A stretch of DNA of 63,854 nucleotides, counting the filler, from Chiloscyllium plagiosum (Eukaryota), in NCBI RefSeq assembly GCF_004010195.1. It is 3 parts of one record of this genome, joined end to end, with 100 filler letters (N's around TTAATTAATTAA, not from the genome) between each part and the next. Parts side by side here need not be neighbours in the genome. Positions count along the whole stretch, not along the records: positions 1 to 26,957 come from NC_057716.1; 2 more parts are not named here. One strand, written 5' to 3'. The position numbers and the translations under genes are program-made. The notes under the pieces were generated by a model. That model worked only from the letters and a program-made list of their open reading frames with translations, was not told where the DNA came from and did not search any database. This document shows, in pieces, positions 12,048 to 25,791 of this stretch. Within the stretch, counting starts at the first letter, position 1; the number at the start of each line of letters is the position of its first letter.

Positions 12048-12944
12048 TATTGAAGGGCATTCCCTACCAGCTCTGGTGAGTGGCCTTGCAAACAGCAATT
12101 TAACATTGCAGATCAGGGATGAAGCAAAGTGAGTATGTTGTCTCCATTTCAGTTTAACTGTTCCCCCTTTTCCCAAAGCACACATACCCCTGCAATCACC
12201 AACTCACTGCTGGTCTACCTCAACCTGAATCAAGTCCTATATCTCCAAATACTTGCTATCTGGAGATAGGGTGAAATAAAATGATTTACTGCTTCTCTCA
12301 TTCCCTCTGTTTTGGTCATCAGATGTTTCAATGAACAAAGAGTTGCAAATGGTCACAGTCTAACTCTTTTTGAAGCCCTGGTCCCTGATCCCGGATTGTT
12401 TTCAAGAAGATTTAAAATGATCCTGGAAATGGGTCACTAGATGGTTTTAAAATGGACAGTTTTTGTAAATGATCCAATATGGATTGTAATCATAATCTGC
12501 TTTGGACTAGATACTGAGTGAGCTTGTGTCCCATCTCTCAATACAACACAAATTGTCTAAGTGATTGACTGTCAGTCACTATATCTGAATGGAGCTGAAG
12601 ATCAAAAAGTGCTAGTCATAGCTCAACATTGTGGGCTCAAAGACCTGGATGGGTAATCTCTGCTGACACCTCAGTGCAGTGTGAGACAGGCAACGTCTTT
12701 CAGGTGAGCTGTGGACCTGAGGACCCACCTGTCCCGAAAGTTTTGGTCAGCATTCATCCCTCAACCCACTTCACCAGAACAAATGACCTGCTGGTTAATG
12801 TTCTGCCTTTTGTTGGATCCCAATCAGTTACCTTATTTCCTGCAGTTGTGATTACACTTTCAAAAGCACATCACTGGCTGTAAAGCACTTTCAGGTATCT
12901 GGAGGTCAGAGTAGATTCTACACATATGCAAGTCATTTTATTTC

Positions 12945-14274
12945 TTATTATGAATGTACTCATTTATTATATGACATAGGAGCCTACATTAAACTATGTG
13001 TTAACTCATCCCTCAATCTGCATTACAGTTTGGAATATCCATCATTCCCAGGGTTTGATGGTTTCTGGACTATGCTGATTACAAATAAGGTTCCTTTGTC
13101 CCAGATAATCTGATGCCTAATCTACAGAGCAACTGGGTAGTTGCAAAATCCAAAGTTTAGACTGCCAATCCGCGCTGCCTAATGAAAAGGTCTCACCATT
13201 TCCTCGTGGTTGTTGGCTGTTGTGTTTGTGTACCCATAGGGGGTAAGAATCAGCTGTCCGTAGGAGTGAATGGTCAGGTAGCACAAAATATCATGTAGAT
13301 GGTCCTGGAGAAAAGTAGCAACTGCAACAGTCTCTGGTTCAGACTCTGGTGCTGAGCCGCAGTGGGTGTTCGAGCAGCAGTTTCTTGAAGCGCCAATACC
13401 TGAAGCAAAGAATGAAATACACAGTTTCAAAGGAAAGCATAAATCGATGTATCCATCCCTTGGTTCCTCTTATTCTGGCCAATGCTGTCCCCAGAACTTT
13501 CACCGTGAACCATTGCCCCTCAGCGGCTGAGGTCACAAGTTGTGCAATTTTCTCCATGTGAACCTCTCTGCATCATTCTGGTTCGTGAAGAAGCTTCTTA
13601 AAAGCTGCCTGTTCAAGCCAGCCATTATACACCTGTCCTGACATCTCTTTGGGTACCAAGTGTCATGTGAACATTACTCTATAAAGCTCTTTGGGATGCT
13701 TTACCACATTAAAATGTCTTGTGAATGGAAGTTCCTGTTGCGTGACTCTTTGATGTGAATAAACAAGGACCACAGCTTCTATTTCACTTTGCTTCCCTGT
13801 AGGGATGGAGTGAGGATTCTGGAAGGGGGCTGGCTTGTATTTGTAAAGGAAGGGGTCAGCAGTACTGGGAGAATGCAGTGTTTTGCTTTCATTCCAGATC
13901 CCTTCTTATCATTGTTAGGGGTGCTCATCTACCTGAAGGAGTTCAGCACATTCAAGAAGGCAGCTCATCGCCCATCTCTTCAGAATGAGCAATAAATGAG
14001 CCCAACCAGTGACACCTGCATTCCCTTATACAGATAAACAAACAAGAGCATCTGCAGGACGGGTGGCAGTCTAAATTTTGGATTTTGCAACTACCCAGTC
14101 GCTCTGTAGATTATCTGGGACAAAGGAACCTTATTTGCAGACAGCATAGTCCAGAAACCATCAAACCCTGGGAATGATGGATATTCCAAACTATAATGCA
14201 GATTGAGGGACGAGTTAACACAAAGTGTAATGTAGGCTCCTATGTCATATAATAAATTGGTACATTCATAATAA
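12945..14274. repeat. Local inverted repeat, arms 12945-13167 and 14064-14274, enclosing a CPO exon
   Basis: Direct reverse-complement match with scattered substitutions and one 12-bp indel. Confidence 0.92.
13197..13399 (-). CDS. CPO: CPO exon (203 nt): (S)IGASRNCCSNTHCGSAPESEPET...TIHSYGQLILTPYGYTNTTANNHEEM
   Basis: SEPET and TIHSY (His196, third Zn ligand); acceptor cttcag|GT, donor ATG|gtgaga; phase 1-0. Confidence 0.95.
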
Positions 14275-14519
14275 TTCAGAGTGAACTTTCTTGGAACAAC
14301 ATCCCACGTTCCCTGTAGGAGAACAGGACCAGTGTGAAGTATTTCTAACACCACATGGACTTTCTAATGGAATTGAATGCCAGCTCAGTTTTATCGCATC
14401 ATGGGGATTTTGTCAAATGGAGACAGCACCAACTCTAGCTCAACTGAGGCTCTTCTCGGCCTATATTTTCTATTTGGGATTAGGACTAAAGGCAATGGGT
14501 TGTGGGCCAAGTGCAGACA

Positions 14520-14960
14520 GGTAGAGGTCTATAAAATCATGGAGGGGCATGCACAGGGTATATAGACAAGGTCTTTTCCCTGCAGTGGGGGAGTCCAGAA
14601 ATAAAGGGCATAGCTTAGGGTTAGAGAGGGAAAATTTAAAAGGGACCCTAGGGGCAACTTTTTTCACATAGAGGGTGGTCCGTGTATGGAATAAGCTTTC
14701 AGAGGAAATGGTGGAGGCTGGTACAATTACAACATTTAAAAAGCATCTTAATGGTATAAGAATAGGAAGGGATAGCAAGTGTTGGCAAATGGGACGAGAT
14801 TGGTTTATGAAATCTGGTCGGCATGGACGAGTTGGACCGAAGTGAATGTTTCCATGCTGTACATCTCTATTACTCTATTTAAGTTTAGGATTATGGTCGG
14901 CATGGACTGGTTGGACCAAAGGGTCTGTTTCTGTGCTGACTGATTCTTTGACTCTGTGAC
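14520..14960 (+). mobile_element. CR1 LINE 3' fragment
   Basis: Nucleotide similarity to 260-622. Confidence 0.8.
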
Positions 14961-15849
14961 TATGACTCCAGACATCTGGATCAAATTTGAACCCAACTGA
15001 GAACCTTGTCAAGAGTAATCACCTAACACAAGTTTGCCAAGCTATAATTATTGGGCAGAGGATGTTAAATCAAGGTGAGAGTTCTCCTAGGTCTAGAGGG
15101 CCAGAGAGAGGTCCTCCAATGATAACTGATTGGCAGTGCCAACATCTGAACTGGCATCTGCCAGTGCCTACACCGAGAGAGAGAGGGAAGAGGCCACCTC
15201 CCAACAGGGGTTCCTCTGAAGATTAGGTTAAAAGAAAACTTATTTGAAACGGCCACAGCTGCCAGGCTGTGATCATGGAGAGGGGTCCATGATTTTAGAG
15301 CCTTGGCAAGTGGACAACATCGAGGTAAGTCCCTAAAGAGATGATTCACTGACTGTACCTAACACAATCCCACCAGGAGGTTGCTACCACTGACTGACCA
15401 TGAATCAGCCTCAGTGTGGGGGTCCATTTGCGATGGGGGTGGGAGAAGGGTCTTAATTGTCCCTAATTGCCTCAATTGAGAGGGTAACCTCTCCTCCCCA
15501 GACCGAGTTTTCCTGAAAATTAAACTGAGAAACACTAGCCAATGCTGTGGAATTCCTGGCCCGCTGATCTCCGATCTGGTCTCAATCAGCTTTCGGATTT
15601 CCTCCCTCTACAATAAAGCAAAGGTCTAAAATAAAGCAAAGGACTGCAGATGCTGAAGATCTGAAACAAAAGCATAAATTGCTGGAGAAACCCAACAGGT
15701 CTGGTAGTATCTGTGCAGAGAAAGCAAAGTTAACTTTTCGAGTTCCAGTGACCCTCCTTCATTACAGTTCCTGTCAGACTTGCTGAGTTTCTCCAGCAAT
15801 TTATATTTTTTTGTTTCAGATTTTTGGCACCTGCAGTCCTTATGGAGAA

Positions 15850-17145
15850 GAGGCACTCGAGTTGAAATGTTACATCTGGTTTCTGTGGAGGAGGAAGTGC
15901 TAGATGTGATTGCTTGGGCCCCTTGCTGAGATATTTGTATCATCGATAGTCACAGGTGAGGTGCCGGAAGACTGGGGGTTGGCTAACATAGTCCCACTAT
16001 TTAAGAAGGGTGATAAGGACAAGCCTGGGAATTATAGACCGGTGAGCCTGACATCGATGGTGGGCAAGTTGTTGGAGGGAATCCTGAGGGACAGGATGTA
16101 CATGTATTTGGAAAGGCAAGGACTGATTAGGGATAGTCAACATGGCTTTGTGGTGGGAAGTCATGTCTCACAAGCTTGAGTTTTTTGAAGAAGTAACAAA
16201 GAGGATTGATGAGGGCAGAGCAGTAGATGTGATCTATATGAACTTCAGTAATGCATCCGACAAGGTTCCCCATGGGAGACTGGTCAGCAAGGTTAGATCT
16301 CCTGGGATACAGGAAGAACTAGCCAATTAGATACAGAACTGGCTTGAAGGTAGAAGACAGAGGGTGGTGGTGGAGGGTTGTTTTTCAGATTGGAGACCTG
16401 TGAACAGTGGAGTGCCACAAGGATCGGTGCTGAGTCCACTACGTTTCATCATTTATATGACTGATTGAGATGTGAGCATAAGAGGTATAGTTAGTAAGTT
16501 TGCAGATGACAACAAAATTAGAGGTGTAGTGGACAGCAAAGAAGGTTACCTCAGATTACAATGGGATCTTGATCAAATGGGCCAATGGACTGAGGAGTGG
16601 CAGATGGAGTTTAATTCAGATAAATGCGAGATGCTGCATTTTGGGAAAGACTTGGAAGGGTTCAGAAAAGATTTACAAGGATGTTGCCAGGGTTGGAGGA
16701 TTTGAGCTATAGCTAGAGGTTGAATAGGCTGGGGCTGTTCTCCCTGGAGTTTTGGAGGGTGATGGTGACCTTATAGAGGTTTATAAAATCATGAGGGGCA
16801 TGGATAGGATAGATAGACAAAGTCTTTTCTTTGGGGTGGGGGAGTCCAGAACTAGAGGGCATAGGTTTAGGGTGAGAGGGGAAAGATATAAAAGAGACCT
16901 AAGGGACAACTTTTTCACACATAGGGTGGTACATGTATGGAACGAGCTGCCAGAGGATGTGGTGGACACTAGTACAATTACAGCATTTAAAAGGGGTCTG
17001 GATGGATACATGAATAGGAAGGGTTTGGAGGGATATGGGTCAGGTGCTGGCAGGTGGGACTAGATTGGGTTGGGATATCTGGTCGGCATGGACGGGTTGG
17101 ACGGAAGGGTTTGTTTCAGTGCTGTACATCTGTATGTCTCTATAA
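15850..17145 (+). mobile_element. CR1 LINE ORF2 fragment (RT domain, internal deletion, 3' end)
   Basis: VPEDW..ANIVPLFKKG..PGNYRPVSLTS, QHGF, SKFADD. Confidence 0.9.
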
Positions 17146-20100
17146 CCTGCTGAGTTTTTGTTTCTGCCCTGACAGTCTGTTGGGCTTAAAGCCATTCCCC
17201 ACATCATAGCCACTAGATGGAGGCAGTGTACCATACATATTTAACACCAAGCACACACAACTGAAACATTAAGCTAAAGAGTACAAAGTACAGCCTGGGG
17301 TTTCCCGAAGTGACTGAGACAGTCCAGTTTATGCTATTAAAGCTAACTTGATGTCTCTGCCTGGTGCAGGTCCTCTATTTGGAGGAAGACTTGTACAATC
17401 ACTGGAAGAGGCCAGCTAATTGATTGTACAATCTGTGAAGCGAGCTCAGCAAGATTATGATTCCATGTGCAAATAGCGCGCTAATTAAAAATTCAACACA
17501 GCCAATTCACCAGAAAGAACAATGAGCGATGTATGTGCTGAAAGATAAACACCCTGTTGTTTTTGCACTGCCTCACACTGACAAATTCTAACCTCTCACT
17601 GCTCCACTGTCCCATTCTGACTTAAAATTCTGAAATACTAAGCAGCCACAATCAGAACTGGATAAACAGGAAGAAAATAGCCAAGTACACTCAGAGCACT
17701 GGATCAGCAAATATCTTTACAGATATTTTACTTCAGAGCGTTTCTGTAGATATTAAATAGGTAATGTTACATTGCTCGATTGGAGCGGAGCTGAATAAAT
17801 ACTGGAGGTTGAAGCGTGGAAGTCAACCTAGTGTGTAAGACAATCCTATTTTTCTTGGTGCCAAAAATTATGTTTTGGCCCACATTTGGCTTTTAGGTCA
17901 GCCCCCTCCCTTCTTTCTCTGGTGAGAAATGCTGTTTCTCACATTAACCATCAGCTTCAATTTTCCACTTTCTAAATGGATTCTTTACAAGTATAAATAT
18001 ATATTTTACTCACTTTATAAATCAGCGCACGGAATCAAGCAGGCTTTGTCACCAAGATTCTGCGCAGGGGTTTAAAGACAAGGAAGAACGTGCAAGGAAA
18101 AGGATGAACTGAAATGCATCCTTGACTTGTGTCAAAGTAAAAGTCATATCATTTGCTATCCATTTCCCAAAGCCAAAGTCTGATGGAATTCTCCCCACTT
18201 GCCTGGGTGGGTGCAGCTCCAAAAACACTCAAGAAACTCAACACCATTCAGGTCAGCGCAGTTGCAAGCATCCACTCTCTCCATCACCAACACTCAGTAG
18301 CAACGGTGTGTGCTATCTGCAAGAATTCACCAAAGATCCTTAGGCAATGCTTTCCAAACACATGACCACTTCCATCTAGAAAGACAGGTGCAGCAGATAT
18401 GTGGGAACACCACCACCTTCAAATTCCCCTCCAAGTCACTCACCATCCTGACTTGGAAGTATATCGTTGTTCCTTCACTGTCACTGGGTCAAAATCCTGG
18501 AATTCCCTCCTGAAGGGCGTTGCGGGTCTAGCTATAGCAGCGGTTCCAGAAGGCAGCTTACTGCCACCTTCTCAAAGGCAACCTGGAATGGGTAATAAAT
18601 GCTGGCCAGCCAGTGACACCCACATTCTAATTAAAAACAAATCACCAAACAATGGTGTTGCACTTTAGGAATTCAGTGTTCCTGCAAAATTGGTGAGAGA
18701 ATAGAAGAAACCTGTCCAAAGGAGGATTCCCAAGACCAATTCCTTCATAAGAATACAGACCAACCACTTCTCTGATCTTGAGAAGAACAGATAGGGATGC
18801 ATCTTTGAAAATTATCCCTTTGTCAGCATAAGTGCAATGCCGATATTCACATTTGAGTGGGCCCAATCAACTCCTACGTCCAGTGAAGATTTCAGACCAA
18901 TGCATAGCTGGTGCAGCCAGAAAGTCTGCTGAAGACCAAAATTGTTTTAAGACTACCAATGAACCTCCAATTGACCAATGTTTAGCAATTCATCATCAGA
19001 TAGCGGCATAAACAACAAGTGCCCATTACGTCATATCAGCAACCTGGGTGGCTCAGAATCCTGGAATTCCCTCCAGAATAGCATTGTAGGTCAACTTACA
19101 ACAAATAGACTGCAGAGATTCACGGAAGCAGCTCATCATTGCCTTCTCAAGGGCAACTAGGGATGGACAACAAAATGGTGCCAAGCCAATGAAGCCCACA
19201 TCTCACAATTGAATAACAGAAGAATAAAGAAACACCCATGAGTAGGCCCAGAAAACAAACTGTGGAGTGGAAAGGCTTGAAAGCAGTTCTAGTGAAAACC
19301 ACAGGCATAAACCTTATGGGAAAGGTATCTTTAATAGCATATATTTTATAGTTTGGATTTCAAATGTAACATTTGGGCATGAGTCTGCATTTGTGAACTA
19401 ATTGGTTCAGTATTTCTGGAACTATAATTTTTTAAACCAGTTTATGCCTCCTGGCATATTGATGCAAGTTTATTTATAATGTAGGGTTTAATGATAAGCG
19501 AGAGAAAGCTTTGAATAAAATTAACTTACTTATGGGATTGGAACAAGCAAGAATCAATCTCAGCCTTGAAAAATGAGGAAATTGGAAAAGTTTGGGGAAT
19601 TTTGAAGGCAATTTGGGTGAAATCAAATGCCGGCATAGCCTCTTCCAGAAAAAGGAGATTATTCAGATCAGTTAAGAAATAAGTTACTTCAATGCAAGAG
19701 TGTATTTTGCGAAAGGTCCAGATCAGGAATGTTTAGAATTTTGCAGGTTGTTCAGGGCTGAGAAAGTTTAAGCTCTTGTTCACGTGAATATTCACTCACA
19801 GCTCACAGGGAAGGATCTGAGAAAAAACAGTTAAGGCAAATCATGGACAAGGAAGGACGATTTTCTTTGGTTTTTGAATAACTCTAAAATGGTGGGCATT
19901 GGGGAATAGATAGGATTTTCTTTTGTCTTGTGTTTCAAATTCTTTTAAATTCTGCTGTACTTGGATAGCTTGGATTGTTTTTATTTTAGTTTTCATTTGT
20001 GTAACAAATCAAATTATTTTTAAAACTATATCTGCAGCCTGCGTGCTTATGTTTCAGTCAGAGATAGCCACATTAAATTTAAAACTGAATATGATCGATG

Positions 20101-20639
20101 AAGCCAGATTTCATTCTGGGATCAGTCTAATCAGCATTAACTGGGATGATAACAGAAATCAAGGTTCAGGCCTGCAACAAAATTAAAAACTACAGTCATT
20201 TTCAAACATAAAATCAGACTAAAATCCAAATCCAAATGCAGGATGTGTGCACGCCCATAACAACAGTTGGATGAATGAGGATAAAGTGAAGAAATGGATC
20301 CATTGTGTGGTACATATGTAAGAATGCAGCTATCAGTGTGTGGTACGATCCGGTTCCTTGGAACCAATGATATCAAGAAATGCCTATGAAGAAATAACAT
20401 TTATATAACAGTTATATCAGTCAGTTTTAATACTGTAGTTCAATCTTTGAATGTGAACTTAACAGGCTATTCAAGGATTATGTTTGAGCCAGTTCGAATC
20501 GCTGGATGGTTGATGGAGATAAAGGTTTCACAAAGAATGGAACCATTTGCATTGCCTCAACCTGATCATCATCAAATTTAACCATGTTATTAGCACACAA
20601 ACTGCTATCAGATCATTCAGAAAAAGAGAAACATGTAAT

Positions 20640-21115
20640 TTAGAGAATGGAGAATAGGATGATTTGGAGGTTCATCAATGTCTTATTAGGAGAGGTTGAG
20701 TAGGTTGAACATATACTCATTGAAGTTTTGAAGAATGAGAGAAGACCTTATTGAAACATACAAGGCTCTTAGGGGACTTGACATGGGTACAGGTTGTTTG
20801 CTCTTGTGACTGAGTCTAGGATCAGTGGACATTATCTCAGAGTAAGGGGTCACCCATTTAAAACAGAGATAAGTAGGAATTTCTTCTCTCTAAAGGTAGT
20901 GAATCTGTGGAATTCTTTGCTGAAGAGACCTGTAGAGGCTATGTAGCTAATTATGTTCAAGGCTGAGGGAGATTGTTAATCAGTAAGAGAATCAAGGTAT
21001 GGTGGGAAAAGGCAGGAAAGTGTAATTGAGGATTATTAGATCTGCCTTAATCTCATGGAATGGCAGAACAGACTCAATTGGCTAAACAACCAACTTCTGC
21101 TCCTCCATCTTATGA
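20640..21115 (+). mobile_element. Diverged CR1-like 3' fragment
   Basis: GACCTTATTGAAACATAC, GGAATTTCTTCTCT..GGTAGTGAATCTGTGGAATT tail motifs. Confidence 0.65.
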
Positions 21116-21587
21116 TTGGTTGTGAAGGGATGATTCTGAAACTGAAAGCACCAAATCTGTTCCAGAGTGGGATTGATATGATGATACCACAGCTAATGCA
21201 ACTCAGAATGCAGAGACTTTTGTCAGATGCTGAATTCAATTAATTTTTTACAAGTTTTGACTGTGGGTAAAATTAATTCATTCAACAGGAGCATGTCATA
21301 TTAATTCAGTTTGAATTGCCCGTATATTTGTTTAGCATTTCAAAATGATAACCATCTCCCACTCCATGCCCCGTGCCCGAGGTTCTCATTTTATACTTAA
21401 ACTTGACCCCAGTTTGTGAAAGGGTTTTTAAAAGATTCAAATAGGTTAACTTCCACACTGTGATCTACAATAGTAGCAAGGTCAACAGATTGATGGGAAG
21501 ACAGGAACCAATAGAGGGAGAGGATGGCTGATTCCTAAATAAAGAATAATGTAAATGCAAAAGAGAAGATTTGAGAACACTACTTAC

Positions 21588-21678
21588 TGCACCAATGTGA
21601 ATCAAAATTCCTGTTGAGATCAGTTCCAAAGCAAGAGCTGATGTCACATGGAGACATGGATTTTCTCCATAAACGATC
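21588..21678 (-). CDS. CPO: CPO exon (91 nt): [30 protein letters not shown](S)
   Basis: Read manually (not in the ORF track): WRK (Arg127) and DLNRNF (Asn144/Arg145); acceptor tttctag|GAT, donor TGCA|gtaagt; phase 0-1. Confidence 0.95.
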
Positions 21679-21807
21679 CTAGAAATCGAGAAGGATTTTA
21701 GACTTAGTGTAGAATGATGAACTACACTGAGGCAAGTTTCACAGATTTGCAGGTAGGAATTGTGTTTCAGTAGGCGTTACATAATTACAATTTGGGTTTG
21801 TACTTAC

Positions 21808-21918
21808 TGTTGTCCAGGAGTAAATGTAACCATCAATATTCAGAACTGGCAGAACATAGAAGTCAATATGTTGGAGGAAACGATCTTTTTGAGGGTCTGC
21901 AGTGTATGTCTCTAGTAT
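21808..21918 (-). CDS. CPO: CPO exon (111 nt): [37 protein letters not shown]
   Basis: M14A motif [12 protein letters not shown]; acceptor gccag|ATA, donor ACA|gtaagt; phase 0-0. Confidence 0.95.
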
Positions 21919-22269
21919 CTGGCACATACGCACACAAAGTGAGATTATAGAAAGAGAAGATTAGAAGTATTTGATGGAGCTTTATTCAAGGAGCCTCATC
22001 CTGACTGTAAGCAGTACTGTTGATTAGTGTTTGTTGTCTAGGCCGGACCCAATTCCTGATGAAGGGCTTTTGTCCAAAATGTCGATTTTCCTGCTCCTCG
22101 GATGCTGTCTGACCTGCTGTGCTTTTCCAGCACCACTCTGATCTAAACTCTGGTTTGCAGTCCTCACTTTTGCCCAGGAGTTTATATGCGTGCCAATGAA
22201 ATGCAACCACAGGCACCAATGCTAATGATTAAATTATTATTGTTATAGACAGAAAACTGAGTGGGAGGG

Positions 22270-22870
22270 TGAGGCAGATGCAGAGGTGCTTCAGTATGAT
22301 TTAGGCAAGTTGAATGAGTAGGCAAATGCATAGCAAATTAATACAATGTGGGTTGATGTGATGTTATCCACTTTGGTAGCAAAAACAGGAAGACAGACTT
22401 TTATTGGAATGGTGGTAGATTGGGAAAGGGGGATGTGCAATGAGATCTGGGAGTCCTTATACACCAGTCATTGAAAGTAAGCATGAACTGCATCAGGCAG
22501 TGAAGAAGACAAACAGTAAGGTGGCCTTTGTAGCTAGAAGATTCGAGTACACCAACAGGGATGCCTTGCTGCAGTTGTACAGGCCCTTAACCACAACTGG
22601 AGGATTGCGTGCAGTTTTGGTCTCTTTATATGAGGAAGGATGTTCTGACCATGGAGAGAATGTGATGAAGGTTTTCCAGACCAATTCCTGGGTTGAAAAG
22701 ACTAACATATGAAGAGACAGTTGAACGGTTAGGACTATATTCAGTGGAGTTTCAAAGAATAAAGGGGGATCTCATAGGCCCCTATAGAATTCTAACAGGA
22801 CTAAACAGAGTAAATTCAGGAAGGGTATTCCTGATGATTGGGAAGTCCAGAGCCAGTGATTATAGGCTAG
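22270..22870 (+). mobile_element. Diverged CR1-like ORF2 fragment
   Basis: LLQLYRPL, TYEETVERLGLYSVEFQRIKGDLI. Confidence 0.7.
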
Positions 22871-24695
22871 AAAGGCTGTTACACCTCATTGAACAGGGGT
22901 TAATTCTTTATGGGGCTTCTAATATCGATAGTGAAGACCTTGTGACACAGTGGATAGCATCCCTGACTGAGTGAGAAACTTCAGGTGTAAGTTCCTTCTC
23001 TGGGACTTGCTGCTCAGTAAAGTGTATTCAGAGCACATCTGAAAAAAGGCAGACCTGCTTGTCAATCTGTAACTCCTTGCAATTTGCCTGTGATGGGTAG
23101 TTACAGTAGCACAGACTCCTGATCAGCCACCCTGGATGTGGAATAATGCCTCTCAAACTGAAGCCTCTGCAGGTAGATAGGAGGCCTGTTCCAGGAAAGA
23201 TCTAGTCATGGGTACAGAGGTAAGCACATGCTTTGTTTACCTTGTATATCACTGAGAGATGGTGAAAGCTCCTAAACTCTATATAGATAATAGAGTTCAA
23301 AAGGGAAAACTGTCAGATCAATGATTGCTGGCTTTATGGGGCAGTGGAGTTGCAACTGGAGGGAGGGTCCACACTACAATCTTTGCAGATCAGCAAATGA
23401 CAAATCCCAGCTTCAATATTTTGCACTTTAATCTGCCATGCATTAAATCCTGAGACAAAGGTCAGATTCCAAGAGGTAAATGCCATTAATGTTAATAGTG
23501 TGTTGTCAAAAATGATCCAAATTCTAGGCCATTCAGTTCTGTCCTCCCTGAGCTTCGACCAGCAGCTCTCTATACTAACTTTCCTTATTATGATATGACT
23601 GGATATAATTATATTTGTTGTTAGCTCAACTGGCTTGAACTATCTTGGACTCTCAGCGTTAATCTCAAATGCTATTTATCTTGAGGTCTCTGAGCAATGC
23701 CTTTTTATTGGAAATAAACTGCTTTCTCTGCATGATCTGATATTATCTGTGACTTAGTATATTCTTTTGCAAAGCAGCTGCCATAAAAAAAACACTGTCA
23801 CCATTATTCTGTATTATCTGTAAAGTCAGTTCATTATCTGCTCATTGATAATACCCAGGACAGATTTTCCATGGAGTGGCAATCTCCTGCAGACTTTATC
23901 ACTCTAGCCCTTCTTTTTAAAGAAAGAAGGAAGGCCTGCATTCCTCAGAGGAGATTCTGCTCGGAGTAGAGCAGGGGTCTCTCAGTAATGCGGAGCCATA
24001 CTTCCATTCCAACAGTTCACTTGTAGCATAGAACTGTCAGAGGAAGACAAGCCACATCCCCTTTTCGCAGCCATCAGCTGCTATGTTGTGAAATGTGAAT
24101 GTACACATTGACATCTGTAGTCAAGCCACCAGTACTGGAGGTTTGTGTGATGTTAGGGTGCTGGGAGGGTTGGTTGCTAGGTGGGCAGGGTGCCAGGATG
24201 TAAAAGGGTGAAAGCAAATGTTTAGGGCAGGTCGGGGTGTGGAGGAGAAATCAGGTCCAACAAGGGCTAAGGATGGGTAATGGGTCTGGAGGGTTTGGGT
24301 TCAGCACTGACAAGGGACAAGCTAGGTCTGTGGGGGAGAAGGGACAGGTCAACAGCAGAGGCAAGGGGGTTTTAAAAACCATGCACTTATCTGCTCCTGT
24401 GCTGTGAGCTCTCTGACACATGCTCCTCCACGTCAGCAAAGGCAGTAGCTGTGCAGATCCACTGCTGTGTCAGACAGCACTGTAGGTTTCTTTCTCCTTC
24501 CTCCTTTTTAAAGTGCCGTTATTTTGATCTTTTTCTCCCCAAATTTCCAAAACAATGGAACACCATATAAAACAGTAATTGCTGCTCCTGGAATTGGAGG
24601 AAATCACCTCTACCACCTAAAATACCTCAAAAAGGAGGAGCTCGCACAGCCACAATTTGTTCCCATCCTCCATCTTGGATTACCCAAAATCCTCT

Positions 24696-25490
24696 TGTGA
24701 CAATACTACAGCTTTAAAAGATGCATTTTGTCCTGAGTTTTTTACATGAAGAAAGGTTAAGACAGAGGTGAATAGTGGTATGCTCAAAGCCAATAAAGTA
24801 AGCATCTTCTGAAGCCCTGGGTTTTCCTTTCAAGTTGGAACAATAGATGCAGCCTGAATGGGTGGGATCAAACTCCCACAGAATGAGAGTTTTTAGTTTT
24901 ATCTTTTTGCAGTTACCGGGGTTTTGAAAGTGGATGTGGAAGCTTTTATTCCTCTCTCTGTTACAGCTAAAAACTGGGGTTCTCTTCCTGTTGCTAGAAT
25001 GACAATGGAGACTAGCCATTTTCCTGAATTTAAAAATGTGTTGCTAGAAAAGTGCAGCAGGTCAGGCAGCATCCAAGGAGCAGGAGAATCAAAGTTTCGA
25101 GCATAAGCCCTTCTTCAGGGCTGATTTTCAGCTCTGATCTCCAGCATCTGCAGTCCTCACATTTTCCTGAATTTTTCTTTGCCAAGGGCTTAACTATGGG
25201 ATGTTACTATACTGAAGTAATTACTTAGTAGTAGCTAATATATATATATATATATTATTTTGTTAAGCATTTTGACAGAGTTACAGTGAAGCCAATTCTT
25301 TTACTTATATTTTCTCTGTATTTTAATTACAGTGCAAAAATAAACTGTGTTTTGCTTAAGGTTGAGTGGTTTGAGCAATCGAATTACAGCTGGAATGCAA
25401 TGCCTTACACTTACTTTTAAAATAATAAAAAGTTAAGGTTCAGGCTATCTTCTTAATATATTTTGAGGCGATTTGGTCTGGTCCATAACA
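24696..25490 (+). mobile_element. Probable solo LTR relic (contains the 25032-25159 insertion)
   Basis: TGTGAC...CATAACA termini and internal AATAAA near 25339; no clear TSD. Confidence 0.45.
25032..25159. mobile_element. Short PLE family B terminal-repeat insertion with internal inversion
   Basis: 15-bp TSD CATTTTCCTGAATTT at 25017-25031 and 25160-25174; degenerate hammerhead core on the minus strand. Confidence 0.75.
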
Positions 25491-25791
25491 AAGTGTTCAT
25501 CTCAATACTTGTTATATGTGTTGAGAGTTCCTGCCTCTGCCGCACTTATAGGCAGTGAGTTCCAGACACCTGCCGCCCTCTGGACGAAAAATCATTTCCT
25601 CAAATCTCCTCTAAGCCTCTTGCATCTTACCTTAAAGGTGTACCCTCTGGTTATTAAAGCATCCAGTAAGGGGGAAGGTTTCTCCTGATCTGCCCTGTTT
25701 ATTCCCTTCCCCCACCTCCTCTCTTCCAACCCCGCTCCCTGGCCCACCCATTCAGTCTCCTGTTGCAGATCTCCAGTAAGGGGACACTCAC

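Noticed and set aside
19240..20190. Possible LTR relic (also about 41350-41930)
   Set aside because: Termini and TSD could not be defined from the sequence alone.
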